From assembly GCA_000091205.1 (NCBI GenBank), contig AP006492.2: DNA of 64,000 nt; one strand, given 5' to 3'. The notes below the pieces were generated by a model. The model was not told where the DNA came from and did no database searches. It saw nothing but the letters and a program-made list of their open reading frames with translations. A program made the position numbers and the translations under genes. The DNA is from Cyanidioschyzon merolae (Eukaryota). This document shows, piece by piece, positions 1 to 10,443 of this stretch. Positions within the stretch are counted from its first letter, which is position 1; every line of letters starts with the position of its first letter.

Positions 1-518
1 CTCTCGAATGCGTTGATGGAAGGAAAACGCCAGTGCATCTATGTACAAACCCGGTAGCATTCTGCAAGGGCGTTTACCGGAGATGGGGTTTCCGGTGCAC
101 CAGTGTCGCGCGTGCTGCCTCCCCGATGTTTGCGATCACGGGCGTGCTGCTGTATGGACCCGGTCGGTACGCAAGCACGATCCACAGCAGCTGGGCGATC
201 AAGCCGCTTGCGGAACAGCGTCAGCACAGCGCGTATCTGCGCTTATTTCAGGGACTGCTCAAGAGTCTGGTCGACCGATGACGGTTTATCTTTTGCTTCC
301 AAACTAGAGCAGATGCAACACAGAATGAAGGCACCTTCCCCTGTAATCGTCAACGGCTCTCACTGAAAACCCATGCAACCGAAACGTCCAATCATGCGGA
401 TTTCGTAAAGTGTCAGCGTCTTGCACGATCTATGCATGATTCTGGGTCCCATGTGATCGACAGACGCTGTTGAGAGCAGGCTTGCGTCGCGTGTCCCCGT
501 TGTAACGGAACGCCGGTG

Positions 519-1193
519 TCACTTGCGCCACTCCGTGGACTCATCCTTCATTGCAATAGAGGGCGGTTTACCGCGACCCAGTTTCATTTTTAACCATTGG
601 ATAAGGCTCATAGCTTGTTCGGGTCGAATCATCTGCGTCGGATAGTCAAAATCTTTCGCAATAACGCGGTAGCCGTACTCCAGGTCATCAGCGGTATACT
701 TTCGCAACGCGGAGTACTTGCGCAGGGCGGCGTGGATCATGCGACGCCCCTGCTCACTGAAAACAGAGCGTGCCACTCCCTTGTTCAAAGTGTCGCCATA
801 GAATTTGCGTCCCCAGCTCGTGCGCATAGCGTTAACCAGCATCTTCGCGCGCCCGTCGCCTCTCATGGTGCCCAGTGGGTACCACAGCCCCGAGACGGGA
901 CTACGCGCGAGAATTGCAAACACCGGTGTACCGTCTTCAGGAACCTCTAGTTCGCTAGGCGGTGCCAGTGGAGCATTAGGTTTACCTTTCTTGGCTTGGA
1001 GGCCAATAACGCCTCGATGCGGCAGTGCGGTCGAGCGATGCACCCCAGCGGCGCTTGCCGGTGCGCTCTGTACGCGTGACCTTGGACAGAAAACACCGTG
1101 GGTATGAGCAGTTGTTAGAGATACCGCTTGTCCATTTCTGTTTAGACTTGGTTTCCAACGTGTACCACTGAAACCAGCGCCTTGGATGAACAT
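519..1193 (-). CDS. Hypothetical ORF; the C-terminal half (about 519-900) looks protein-like with weak GIY-YIG / T5orf172-like spacing (GLWYPLGT...R...E)
   Basis: 224-aa minus-strand ORF in the track. Only the C-terminal roughly 125 aa has non-repetitive, conserved-looking composition (WGRKFYGD..., HAALRKY..., EYGYRVIAKDF...). The domain assignment is a guess from motif spacing. Confidence 0.2.
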   Translation of the reverse strand: MFIQGAGFSGTRWKPSLNRNGQAVSLTTAHTHGVFCPRSRVQSAPASAAGVHRSTALPHRGVIGLQAKKGKPNAPLAPPSELEVPEDGTPVFAILARSPVSGLWYPLGTMRGDGRAKMLVNAMRTSWGRKFYGDTLNKGVARSVFSEQGRRMIHAALRKYSALRKYTADDLEYGYRVIAKDFDYPTQMIRPEQAMSLIQWLKMKLGRGKPPSIAMKDESTEWRK

Positions 1194-2120
1194 CTGTTAC
1201 CAGTTCACCTGTGCGGCACACGAAGAGTGATGGACAATGCCTGCAATGTTCGTTGTACGGAAGGCCATCGATGGGCAGCGAGTCGTGATCGCCGGCTCCG
1301 CTGCGTGCCCGCCGTGAGCACCCCCGCAGCAGCGCTCATGGTGCCGGTGCAGATGTATGCTTGAGTCAGAGCGACTTGGCCGTACCACTTTGGGCATCGG
1401 ATGGAGTAATACTACAGCTGGCATGGAATTAGGGCTAGGTATCATTCTGGGAACCTGAAATATAGGCAGATGGACGTACTGGCTACGGCCACGCGAAGCG
1501 ATATGCTTGGAGATAACTGCAATATGAGCAACGCCCAGTCGCAGCTTGAATGCCCCTAGTCCCAGAATAAGCTGCGTTGCGAACGAGTCGCGCAGGTCTC
1601 GCCGGAGCAACCGCCACTTTAGAGGCACACCGAGCGCAAACCTGGGAGACTCGTCCGGCTCGCGGGACCTGCCTCCTGTACGGTAAACTTTCGACAATAT
1701 GGAAACCTGTTCCCGCTCTAAAATTTTTTTTGTTGAGGGGAAAGAAATTATTTTCTAGTTGCTAGGTAGTGGTTGGTCTCTGTCCTTTATTACGATATGG
1801 CGCACTCGATACGCCCACCTCCATATTCGGCAGGAACGGAACACGTCGCGCATGTCGCCTTTGTGGGGAGACACGATCCTGGGCACTCGTTGACCTACTG
1901 CTCTAACGGGCAAGTTGTACTAACATGAAAGTCGCATCAAAGTATAGTCTTCCATTCCAGTTGTGTTTCAACCCTCAAGTAAGTGTATTCAAGTGATTTT
2001 TTGCAGTTTATAACGAAAGCGTTCACAGCGCGGTTTTCTCAAAAATAACAAAGTAGTGGAAGTGGAATTGGAGGATTCTCGAGGACCGATATCGCCGGCT
2101 GAAGGGAAAAACGAAAAGAA

Positions 2121-4378
2121 TTGCCGAGCAGAGAGGACCAGGAGAAGACAAAGAAGCTGAGACAGGAGGCCAGACGTCAAAGGCTGCACGAGAGACGACA
2201 GTGCGACGAAATGGTGGTGCAAGCTCTTCTTCTACGCCGTACCAAGCATCCCTGTGGGCAAACGTTGCGAGAGGCCATCAGAAACCGTGTCGAGTCGTAC
2301 TCCGTGAGTATTATAAAGGCCTCGTCAGGGCTAATGCATTTGGTGAAGGAGATGTACCATCACATTACGGATATCACAACAGTCGAGGTTCCGGAAGAAT
2401 TTTTCATCGGGACCTTTATTCGCCACCTGATGCCTGGCACAGGGAAAATGTCGACGAAATGCGAGGGAGTGCACGCCCTCCACGAAAAATTTCCCCTTTA
2501 GAGCTCCAATGGTGCTCGATACAGGGATGAAGGAGATATTTACACCTACAGGGCGATGAAGTACTTCACGAATCTGAAGGACCACGTGAAAATGAACCGC
2601 GAACGTTTCATGAAACGCTCCGTATTTGCGCTCTACCCGGGCATCTCTCGCAAGCGGATACGTGCGATTATCCATGGCATCATGAACAATCGCCAGCATG
2701 GACAGGAGATCGAATTCGTTGACGAGAAGACATCACTCTGGTAAACGAATCAGGCTTATGTCATTCGTGCGGTTATACAAGAGCACCGTGCAATCTTGGG
2801 GCTGGCGAACCCAACAGAAAAGGTATTAGATTTGAAAAAAGATAAGGAAAGATGCTATCGCCTCGTCCTACGCTATTTCGTGTTCCTGGACCGAGAACTG
2901 GAACGCAAGGCGGAGATGACGCTGAGTGAGGAAAACAATGATGAATGGCAGAGACGGAAGGCTGTCCTGATGGGTAAGCGCTTCAATGGCGTTCCGTTGT
3001 GCAGCATCAAGTCGCACTATGTGATTATCGACTCCAGAGTCCTCTACGGCGTCATGGAGGAGACCTGTCCGCAGTTCGATGGAAGGAAGACGGAGTTCAC
3101 CGGTGAAAGCCGGGAGACGTACTGGAAGAATATCTTCTATTTCAAACGTCGCAAAGTGAGCAAGCAGAGGGTATTCACGGGCATAATCGAAACCGATGGA
3201 GTGTCCATGTGTGTACACTGTCGGCGGTTGAAGGCGGATCGTCCTATCGTGCCTTCGGCTTCGCCCGTGACGAAGCATGAAGAAAAGAAAGAGGCGGATC
3301 CTGCGACGCAGGAGGTGCATGAGAGTGACTTTGTCGTCGGCGTGGACCCCGGAAACACGATGAATATAGCCGTTGCAGCACCCAAGCGTGCGGAAGATGG
3401 CAGTGACGGTGACTTACGTCAGAAAGACATGCGTCTTTTCAAGCTCTCGAGAGCAAGATACCATCGAGAATCGGGAATCATGAATGCGAGGAAGAAAATC
3501 GAGACGTGGAATGCAGGAATCAAGGATCACCTGGAAGTTATGGGCGAGGTGGCGAGCCGCGGAGCAGACTTTAAAGCTTTTCGGGAGTTCGTGAAAATTC
3601 GTGTTGCCCATTGGGGTGCGCTGTGGAAAGAGTACGCCAAGCCCCGGTGGGCTCGTCTGCGTATGAACCTGTACTGTGGAAAACAGCGTGCATTCGCGAA
3701 TTTTTTCAATCAGTTGAGAGCCTTGAAGGAGGCCGAGAGTCAGAGGCTCGTAGTGGCATACGGAGCAGGGCGCAGGAAGACCCATAAAGGAACTACGCCA
3801 GCTCCAAGGACGAGAGCGTACAAGGAATGTGCACCGCGTTTCGACACGATACCTGTAGATGAGTTCCGAACGTCGTATACACATCATGAACTGGGGGTGT
3901 ACGCTTCAGAGAGTTGGGATGGAAAAGCGCCAGCAGAGCTCCGAGGATATGGCAAAAGTACGGAGCCCTGACGGAAGAGCAAATGGAAAGGAGGGCGAAC
4001 GTTCGTGGACTACTTGCATCAGTGAGTACAACCAGTGATGGCAAGAAACGTATGGAGTTCGTGAATAGAGACTTTCATGCAGCTATCAAAATAAGAAGAC
4101 GTGCGATGATGGAGAAAAGACCTGCAGAGTGGACGCGAGAGAACTTTGTTGGGCAACGTCTCAAGGTGGAACTATATGAGAAAAACTTGAGACCAGTAGA
4201 AGGTGGCCGGTCCAAAAAGACGGGGAAGCGTCTGCACATCAGTTGGAGACGTTTCGTCTGGGGCAAGTTTCTCGCCACAACTGTGCACTGCCGGCGACTG
4301 CTTTCGACTTTTAAAAGGCGTTCGCTAGCGGTGTCTTTCCAGCCGTCGTCCGGTGTACTCGCGAAAGGACCAATGTGA
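2121..4378 (+). pseudogene. Fanzor1-like (TnpB/OMEGA-family RuvC nuclease) ORF, disrupted by in-frame TAG at 2499-2501, in-frame TAA at 2742-2744 and a frameshift near 3900-3975. Either a decayed transposon-borne gene or an unresolved multi-exon gene.
   Basis: Frame 0 is open from 2103 to 3971 apart from two single stop codons, and frame 2 continues from 3914 to 4378. Motifs seen: a K/R-rich N-terminal tract (EKTKKLRQEARRQRLHERRQ); RuvC-I '[17 protein letters not shown]'; the Fanzor1-type block 'VVAYGAGRRKTHKGTTPAPRTRAYKECAPRFDTIPVDEFRTSYTHHELG' with the relocated Glu in 'vdEfRTS'; and RuvC-III 'VNRDFHAAIKIRR' (matches D.NAA.NI). The zinc-finger cysteines after 'RTS' appear lost. Confidence 0.6.
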
Positions 4379-4980
4379 TGCACAGAGGTAGATGCCGGAA
4401 ACAGAAGCGCGCCCTAGGTTTCGTGGATACAAGGCGCGGACCCACGTAGAGATATTCCCGAAAGTTTCCCAAGGGCTACGTTCGAGTCCAAAGTAAATAC
4501 TCTTCGGAACATCAGACGACGAGCTATGCCCTTTGTCATGGACGCAGCGGAGCGGAGGACATTGTCGCCGCCACCGCCACCACCACCAACGCACCCGCAG
4601 GTATCACAGGTCTTCGAAAAGGAAACCATCGAGGCCGTTGAGCCGCATACAAGCCGGATCACGTTTCCATGGATGGTTCGTACATGAAAGCACCTCATCA
4701 TGACCAAGCTCTGGTTAACTGTTGACTCGGCGCGTGCCAGGGCCTGATCAAATGATAGCAAACACGATCCCCGGAACGCTTCGCACCAGACTTTTTGTAC
4801 CCCGCATGATTGATGTATAGCATGCCCGCTTCCCATATCCCATGAAAGGAACCCGCTGTCCCGCTCCACGATGCATCGACAGAGCAGCGTTCTAGCAGAG
4901 CGCGCTCATAGGCGCATGGCGATCAGTACACGCGGGCTTCTGCGCTGGAGTTGTTGCTCGACGACGTACCGCAGCCGTCT

Positions 4981-6870
4981 ATGCCAACCGTAACAGTTAT
5001 ACGCGATCGATTCTTGAAGGCACTGGACTCTGATCTCGATGAAGCGGCGCTAGAGCAACTCTGCTTCTCGTATGGTCTAGAAGTGGAAACCGTGGAGGAC
5101 GAGCCGCTGAGCGACCTGCTCGGCGGCCAGCGCGCTCGCTCTGGTTGGTCAGACTCCATCGACGACGTCGAAAACTACGCAGGCCCTCTAGACCAGCACG
5201 TCGCTTGTTTAAAAATCGAGGTACCGGCAAACCGTCCAGACTTGTTGTGCTTCGAAGGCTTAGTGCAGGCGCTTCGCGTCTTCCGCGGCCTTGATAAACC
5301 AGCTGCGTTTCTGCTGCAGCGAACGGAGCCGCGGGAGCGGATCCTTGTGAGAACGAATGCACTGCGCCCATACATTGTGGCTGCAGTGCTGCGCGGTATA
5401 GACCTATCGGATCCGCTGCGGTATCAGTCGCTGATGGATCTACAGGAGCACCTTCATCAAAACCTAGGTCGTCGCCGTGCGCTCGTCGCGATCGGTACGC
5501 ACGACCTCGATACTGTCAAGGGGCCCTGCACCTACACGGTGAAAGACCCCAGAGAGATTCGCTTTCGACCATTGGCCGCTGAGCGCGAGCTGAGCGGTCT
5601 CGAAATCATAGAGCACTACCGACTCGACAAGCATCTGAAACGCTACCTGCCGCTCGTGGAAGGTGCACAGGCGTACCCGCTCCTTCATGATAGCGAGGAT
5701 CAGGTGCTATCGCTCCCGCCTATCATCAATGGTGATCGAACCAAAATCCGTCCTAGCACGCGAAATATGTTGATCGAATGCACTGGAACGGACCTAGTGA
5801 AGCTCACCACCGCGCTGACCGTCATCGTGGCCTCCTTCTCCCGGTATTGTCTGCCGGCGTTTTATGTGGAGCCAGTGACGATTCACTACGATCAACCGCT
5901 ACCGGAGGATAGGCTTGCAGCGATCAAAGCCAACGTGCTCGATTCGCAAACGCTATGCACACCGTGGGTCGAGGACGCGCAAATGCAGGTTTCTGCGCGT
6001 TACGTACAATCGCTACTGGGGGTCTCGCTCTCGGTATCGGAGCTGGAACGTCACCTTCAGCGCATGCAGTTGCACCTAGTGTCTGTCGTGGAAAACGAGG
6101 CATTCGATCAGGTCCTCAACGTTCAGGTACCAGTCTTCAGGAGCGACATCCTCCATCCGTGTGACGTTGCGGAGGACGTAGGCGTCAGTTATGGTTTCGA
6201 TCATGTTCCCGAGCGCACTGCTCCCTGTGTGCCAGTCGGGCAGTGGCGACCCTTGGAGCGCTTAACAGATCATCTTCGTCGCGAGCTCGCGCAACAGGGA
6301 TACTTCGAGGTTTTAACCTGGGTAACCGTGTCGCACGCTGAAAATACCGAAATGCTGCAACGCAGCGATGCACAGTCGCCAGCTGTGCGTCTACATAATC
6401 CCAAAACTCTAGAATTCGAGGAATGCCGGACCAGTCTTCTCGTGGGGCTGTTGAAGACACTTCGCGAGCATCGGGAAGCGCCGCTTCCTCTGCGCCTTTT
6501 CGAGACCGGTGATGTCGTCCTGCTTGATTCCAAAAGCGAGACCGGAGCCCGAAATGAGCGTCATCTTGCGGCAGTTTATAGTGACGTCCGCGCAGGTTTC
6601 GAGATCGTGAAGCATCTTCTCGATCGGATCATACTTGCTTTGAATTTGAAGTCCTTGGGATACAATGCAGGTTACCGACTGGACCCAAAAGCTTGTCACG
6701 ATGACCTCTTCTTTCCAGGTCGACGAGCGACGATTCTTGTGGAGCGGCCCAACGGGGCTCGGTTCGCGCTCGGGAGTATGGGCTGGCTCCACCCGCAGGT
6801 ACTGAAGAACTTTGGTCTTGCGGCGCCAGCGTCAGCGTTCGAGTTGAACGTGCAACCTTTTGCTGCGTAG
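4981..6870 (+). CDS. FARSB: Phenylalanyl-tRNA synthetase beta subunit (cytoplasmic, eukaryotic type)
   Basis: Single 630-aa ORF. The N-terminus 'MPTVTVIRDRFLKAL...EQLCFSYGLE' matches eukaryotic PheRS-beta 'MPTVSVKRDLLFQALG...DELCFEFGLELDE'. The B3/4 and B5-like regions are continuous and the ORF ends at a TAG stop. Confidence 0.9.
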   Translation: MPTVTVIRDRFLKALDSDLDEAALEQLCFSYGLEVETVEDEPLSDLLGGQRARSGWSDSIDDVENYAGPLDQHVACLKIEVPANRPDLLCFEGLVQALRVFRGLDKPAAFLLQRTEPRERILVRTNALRPYIVAAVLRGIDLSDPLRYQSLMDLQEHLHQNLGRRRALVAIGTHDLDTVKGPCTYTVKDPREIRFRPLAAERELSGLEIIEHYRLDKHLKRYLPLVEGAQAYPLLHDSEDQVLSLPPIINGDRTKIRPSTRNMLIECTGTDLVKLTTALTVIVASFSRYCLPAFYVEPVTIHYDQPLPEDRLAAIKANVLDSQTLCTPWVEDAQMQVSARYVQSLLGVSLSVSELERHLQRMQLHLVSVVENEAFDQVLNVQVPVFRSDILHPCDVAEDVGVSYGFDHVPERTAPCVPVGQWRPLERLTDHLRRELAQQGYFEVLTWVTVSHAENTEMLQRSDAQSPAVRLHNPKTLEFEECRTSLLVGLLKTLREHREAPLPLRLFETGDVVLLDSKSETGARNERHLAAVYSDVRAGFEIVKHLLDRIILALNLKSLGYNAGYRLDPKACHDDLFFPGRRATILVERPNGARFALGSMGWLHPQVLKNFGLAAPASAFELNVQPFAA

Positions 6871-7597
6871 CTGGGCGTCTGCAAGTGCAGTATATCCAGC
6901 ACAGAGAGTTGCTCGGTTCGGCACGCGTTTCCTGTGCCGTCAACAAAGTGCTCGATTCACGCGTATTGGCCAGCGTCGTGCAACTGCCAGGGCCTTTGCC
7001 AGACCAGTTCAAAACATTCATGGAACAGAAATCCTTAAGGATGTGCAGTGTTGGAGCGATAGTGTTGCAGGACGCCAGCCCTTACGTCGCGTCTCCAGCA
7101 CGTTAGCCAGAGTCTCAGGCGAGCGCAACTCCTGCGGCGTTGCCAGTGGAATCTAGCACCTGTTCTTGAGGAAATTCCTATGCCACAGTGGGTGGAACGC
7201 GAAAGCATCTGTTCAGGAAGAGCGGTCTCTTCGCTGGTCACTAATGGCAACCACGTAGCCTTCAAGTGTAAGTTTCATCCTCTTTAGAATGAAATGGAAC
7301 GGGTGGTCCATCTGGGGCGTACCCCCTTCAGGTTGTGTCTCTTCCCGGTGTCATGAAGAATACGAGGTGCCATGGACCAGACAAATCGGAAACTTGAAGC
7401 ATGCTTTGTCCGGCCTTGGTATGCGCTGGGAACAGAAAAGAATGGCGACCTGTACGTATGCATTGGACGATGACACGGGTTATTTTACGAAGCTTTATTT
7501 GTAGGCATCGCGAATCATTTGATGACAATGACGTATCGAATTCTATTGCCAAACCGCCGAAGGAACCTCGCCAAAAACAACACAACCGAAACCCCAA

Positions 7598-7740
7598 GAA
7601 TTACGTATGCATCCGTATGCCCGCATTGCTGAACGTCAAATATCGACGCTGTACGTCCCCCGAAAAAAAATACTCGGAGATATCTCGAGGCAGGAAGAGA
7701 GCGAGCAGTTCAGTTTTTCTTTTCCATTGGACTCGGGTGG
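7598..7740 (+). repeat. Dispersed repeat, copy A (about 140 bp), paired with 17678-17830
   Basis: Shares GTATGCATCCGT, CCGCATT..GAA.GT, ATCGA, CGAAAAAAA and GCAGGAA.AG.GC.AGCAGTTC.GT.TTCT.TT blocks in the same order and orientation as the copy at 17.7 kb. Confidence 0.5.
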
Positions 7741-7933
7741 ATGGAAAACGCTTGACGAGGATGGAGCATCCGCAGGGCCGTCCGATCGTTCCAACTTCGG
7801 CTCTCCAGTCATTGCTCTGGTGCGGTTTCCGCTTGGCGAGCGCAGTGTACACGAGCTGGACCGCAACGCGCTCCCGTTGACCGAGTTGCAAAATGAGCTA
7901 CACTAGGCTGGACGGAATCACCGTTCACCAAGT

Positions 7934-8725
7934 TTGAACGAGCAAGACTGTCGCCATAATACGAGTCTTTCTTTCGTTCTCGCAAACGCTGTGGGATCGC
8001 GAAAAGCAATTCAGCCCCGGGGGAGAGGTATGTGGGTGCCGGTTGGCGCTCAGAGGCCCCAGAAAGCGCCGCGACGATGGGTGCTCTTTGTGTCGCGCCC
8101 GCTCATTGCTTGCAGTGATGCCGGAAACCACAGCGACAACGGTCGAGAAGAGCCGAACCCTGCTTCAGGCTCGGGTCACGGGTTCCTGCTGCCGCCCCAG
8201 CGAAAGCCAGTAGAAAGGATCCTCCGAGACCAAGTGCAGGCGTACGTCGCGCGGCGAACGGCGCCTCCGCCGGGTCCGCTCTATGTTGCCGTACCTGCTC
8301 AAGAACTAACGCTCTATGCAGAACAGATTCAGGTATTTTTGCATCCCCAGAAGGGCGCGGAGATGGCTTGGCTACGACCACTGATCCTGCGGCTTCCCTA
8401 CTCGGAACCTGGGGCGACCACTGGACGGGGCACTGCCCCAGGGTCGTCAGCGACGCCCGGAGCGAGCGCAGCGCCAGCTGGAGCTGCACCCAGCTCGGAA
8501 GAACATATGCCGCAAGTTTATCTCTGTGCCGGCCTCGTATCGGATATTGTCATTCCAGCTGGGTGCTGCTCGCGCATCGTTTCTGAATGGGAAAAGACAA
8601 TGATCCGAATGTATGTCGTAGCGAGCCAATATCAAGCAGCCTGCAACGCTGCAGATGATACAGCACGGGCACGCATCATGACGCTCTATGGACGCTGGCT
8701 GCGGGAAATCTGTGGAGCGGACTAG
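7934..8725 (+). CDS. Hypothetical protein (Pro/Ala/Gly-rich middle, Cys-rich C-terminus); may be part of a spliced gene
   Basis: 263-aa ORF with no recognisable domain. GC-rich context makes a spurious ORF possible. Confidence 0.2.
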   Translation: MNEQDCRHNTSLSFVLANAVGSRKAIQPRGRGMWVPVGAQRPQKAPRRWVLFVSRPLIACSDAGNHSDNGREEPNPASGSGHGFLLPPQRKPVERILRDQVQAYVARRTAPPPGPLYVAVPAQELTLYAEQIQVFLHPQKGAEMAWLRPLILRLPYSEPGATTGRGTAPGSSATPGASAAPAGAAPSSEEHMPQVYLCAGLVSDIVIPAGCCSRIVSEWEKTMIRMYVVASQYQAACNAADDTARARIMTLYGRWLREICGAD

Positions 8726-9469
8726 AGCCCTCGAACGAGTGCAAAGCGTGCATTTCAGCTGGTGCCTGGAAGCGCCTAGAGGTCGCTCTCATATTCGCAC
8801 TCGCTGTGAGGCAGTGCCTCAGTGAACGACTCAGGGCAAGCATATGCGCTGTAGAGCGACCTGGGAACAGCCACGCACCATTGCGGATTCCAGCAACCGG
8901 ATCAGAACGACTCATTCGGAGAAAGCACCGGTTTTACTAGCACGGAAAGCGTAACAGAACGTAACAACGGCGACAGCAGCATCAGCAAGGTACGCTGGCA
9001 CTGCCTGCCGCGCCATCACGCAGTGACAGCGCCAATGCGCTACGGAAACTGTGCATCCAAGGCCGCAGCAGAGCATGCGATGTCGTCAACGGGTGTTGCT
9101 ACTTGCACACCATACAACAAAAACCCGCTTCCATGTACCCGCATAGGCCGTAAAACGAAACGTACGCTCGCAGTGACAAGCGCGTTTGGCAAGTTTGTAT
9201 AGATCTGTCCCGGGCTTGCGCCCCCTACGGAAGGTGCCGCCAGCCCGCATTTCATGCATAACGTGAACCAGCGGCTGCCTCAGGATCATCTCTCGAGCTC
9301 GCCGTAGCGATGGTGCTCGCGCTAGCGCCCCCCGCGCGATCCCTCTCGTGTGCGTGTCCAGCGATGCGGTCGATGCGTGCGAGCACTGCACACCCGCGAT
9401 CCGCCTGGCACGCGTGTGCCCGCCTCGGATCATAGAGGGCGCCAAAATGCCGTGCTCACTTGCCCAGCT

Positions 9470-10443
9470 CTAATCATCCCAGTCTGAACTGCAGACGGAA
9501 TGCTCGTCATCGCTGAGAGGTACCGGAGCTGAGAACTTTCGCAGCAACGGATCGCTGATGACGTCGGCCGGGACCGAATGGAAGGGAACGCTTGGTGTGT
9601 GCGGAAGCGATCGCAAACTTTCGAGCAACTGCACCATCATTCGATGCAAGTAACTCGGCGTGTTCAGGTTCTCCATATTGCTTGGTCGAATTCGCAATCG
9701 AAAATCCGGTCCATAGTACTCATAGTATGGGTTGTAGGGTATCATGTCATCGAGAACGACACCGGCTGCGAGCGCCGTTTCATACGCCCAACATCGCGCC
9801 ACGTTGCGAATGGTATAGCCGCCGCCACCCAGCAGCATCAACTGGACGCCGTAGCGTTGGAAGAAACGTACGCACTGCGCGTGTCCGTCCAGCGACAGGT
9901 TGAAGCAACCCAGACGATCGCCACTGAGGGAGTCGGCCCCGCATTGGAGCACGACTGCGGTCGGCTGATACCATTCCATCACTCTGGACATGATCGGAGC
10001 AAAGATTTCGCGATAGCAGACATCGTCGATACCGTCCTGCAATGGGAAATTGAGTGCGTAGTGTCTTCCAGGGCCGTATCCAATGTCTCGCACATCGCCG
10101 GTACCAGGAAAAAAGTTCCCGAATTTGTGGAAAGAGCACGTCATCACCCGGTTGGTCGTGTAGAACGCCTCCTCGACGCCGTCGCCATGATGTACGTCGA
10201 TGTCACAGTATAGAACGCGGGCGTGATGCTTGAGCAACTCTAAAATCGCCAGCACGCAGTCATTGACGTAACAGAAACCGGAAGCTTCACTTTTCTTCGC
10301 GTGATGCAGTCCGCCTGACCAGTTGATAGCCACGTCGCAGAAACCGCGGTTCAGGCGGGCAGCACCAGCTAGGGAGCCGCCGGCGCTTATCTGGCAAAAG
10401 CGATAGATGTCATCAAAACAGGGGGAATCCTCAAACAAGCCAA
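9470..10443 (-). CDS. Class I histone deacetylase (RPD3/HDAC1-type), exon 2 of 2
   Basis: Translation aligns almost residue-for-residue with HDAC1 from '[15 protein letters not shown]' through '[16 protein letters not shown]', '[14 protein letters not shown]', '[15 protein letters not shown]' and 'PSNMENLNT'. Stop at 9470-9472. Confidence 0.9.

Noticed and set aside
1979-2006. Intron-like GTAAGT...TTTTTTGCAG segment upstream of the Fanzor frame
   Set aside because: It is only 28 nt long. The one confirmed intron here is 242 nt, and such micro-introns are restricted to very different lineages. Most likely chance motifs in AT-richer sequence.
2499-2744. Possibility that the in-frame TAG/TAA in the Fanzor frame reflect a reassigned genetic code
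   Set aside because: Flanking host genes end with TAG (FARSB, PAN2), TAA (NRAMP) and TGA (CRY, CDC73), so all three are functional stops in this genome.
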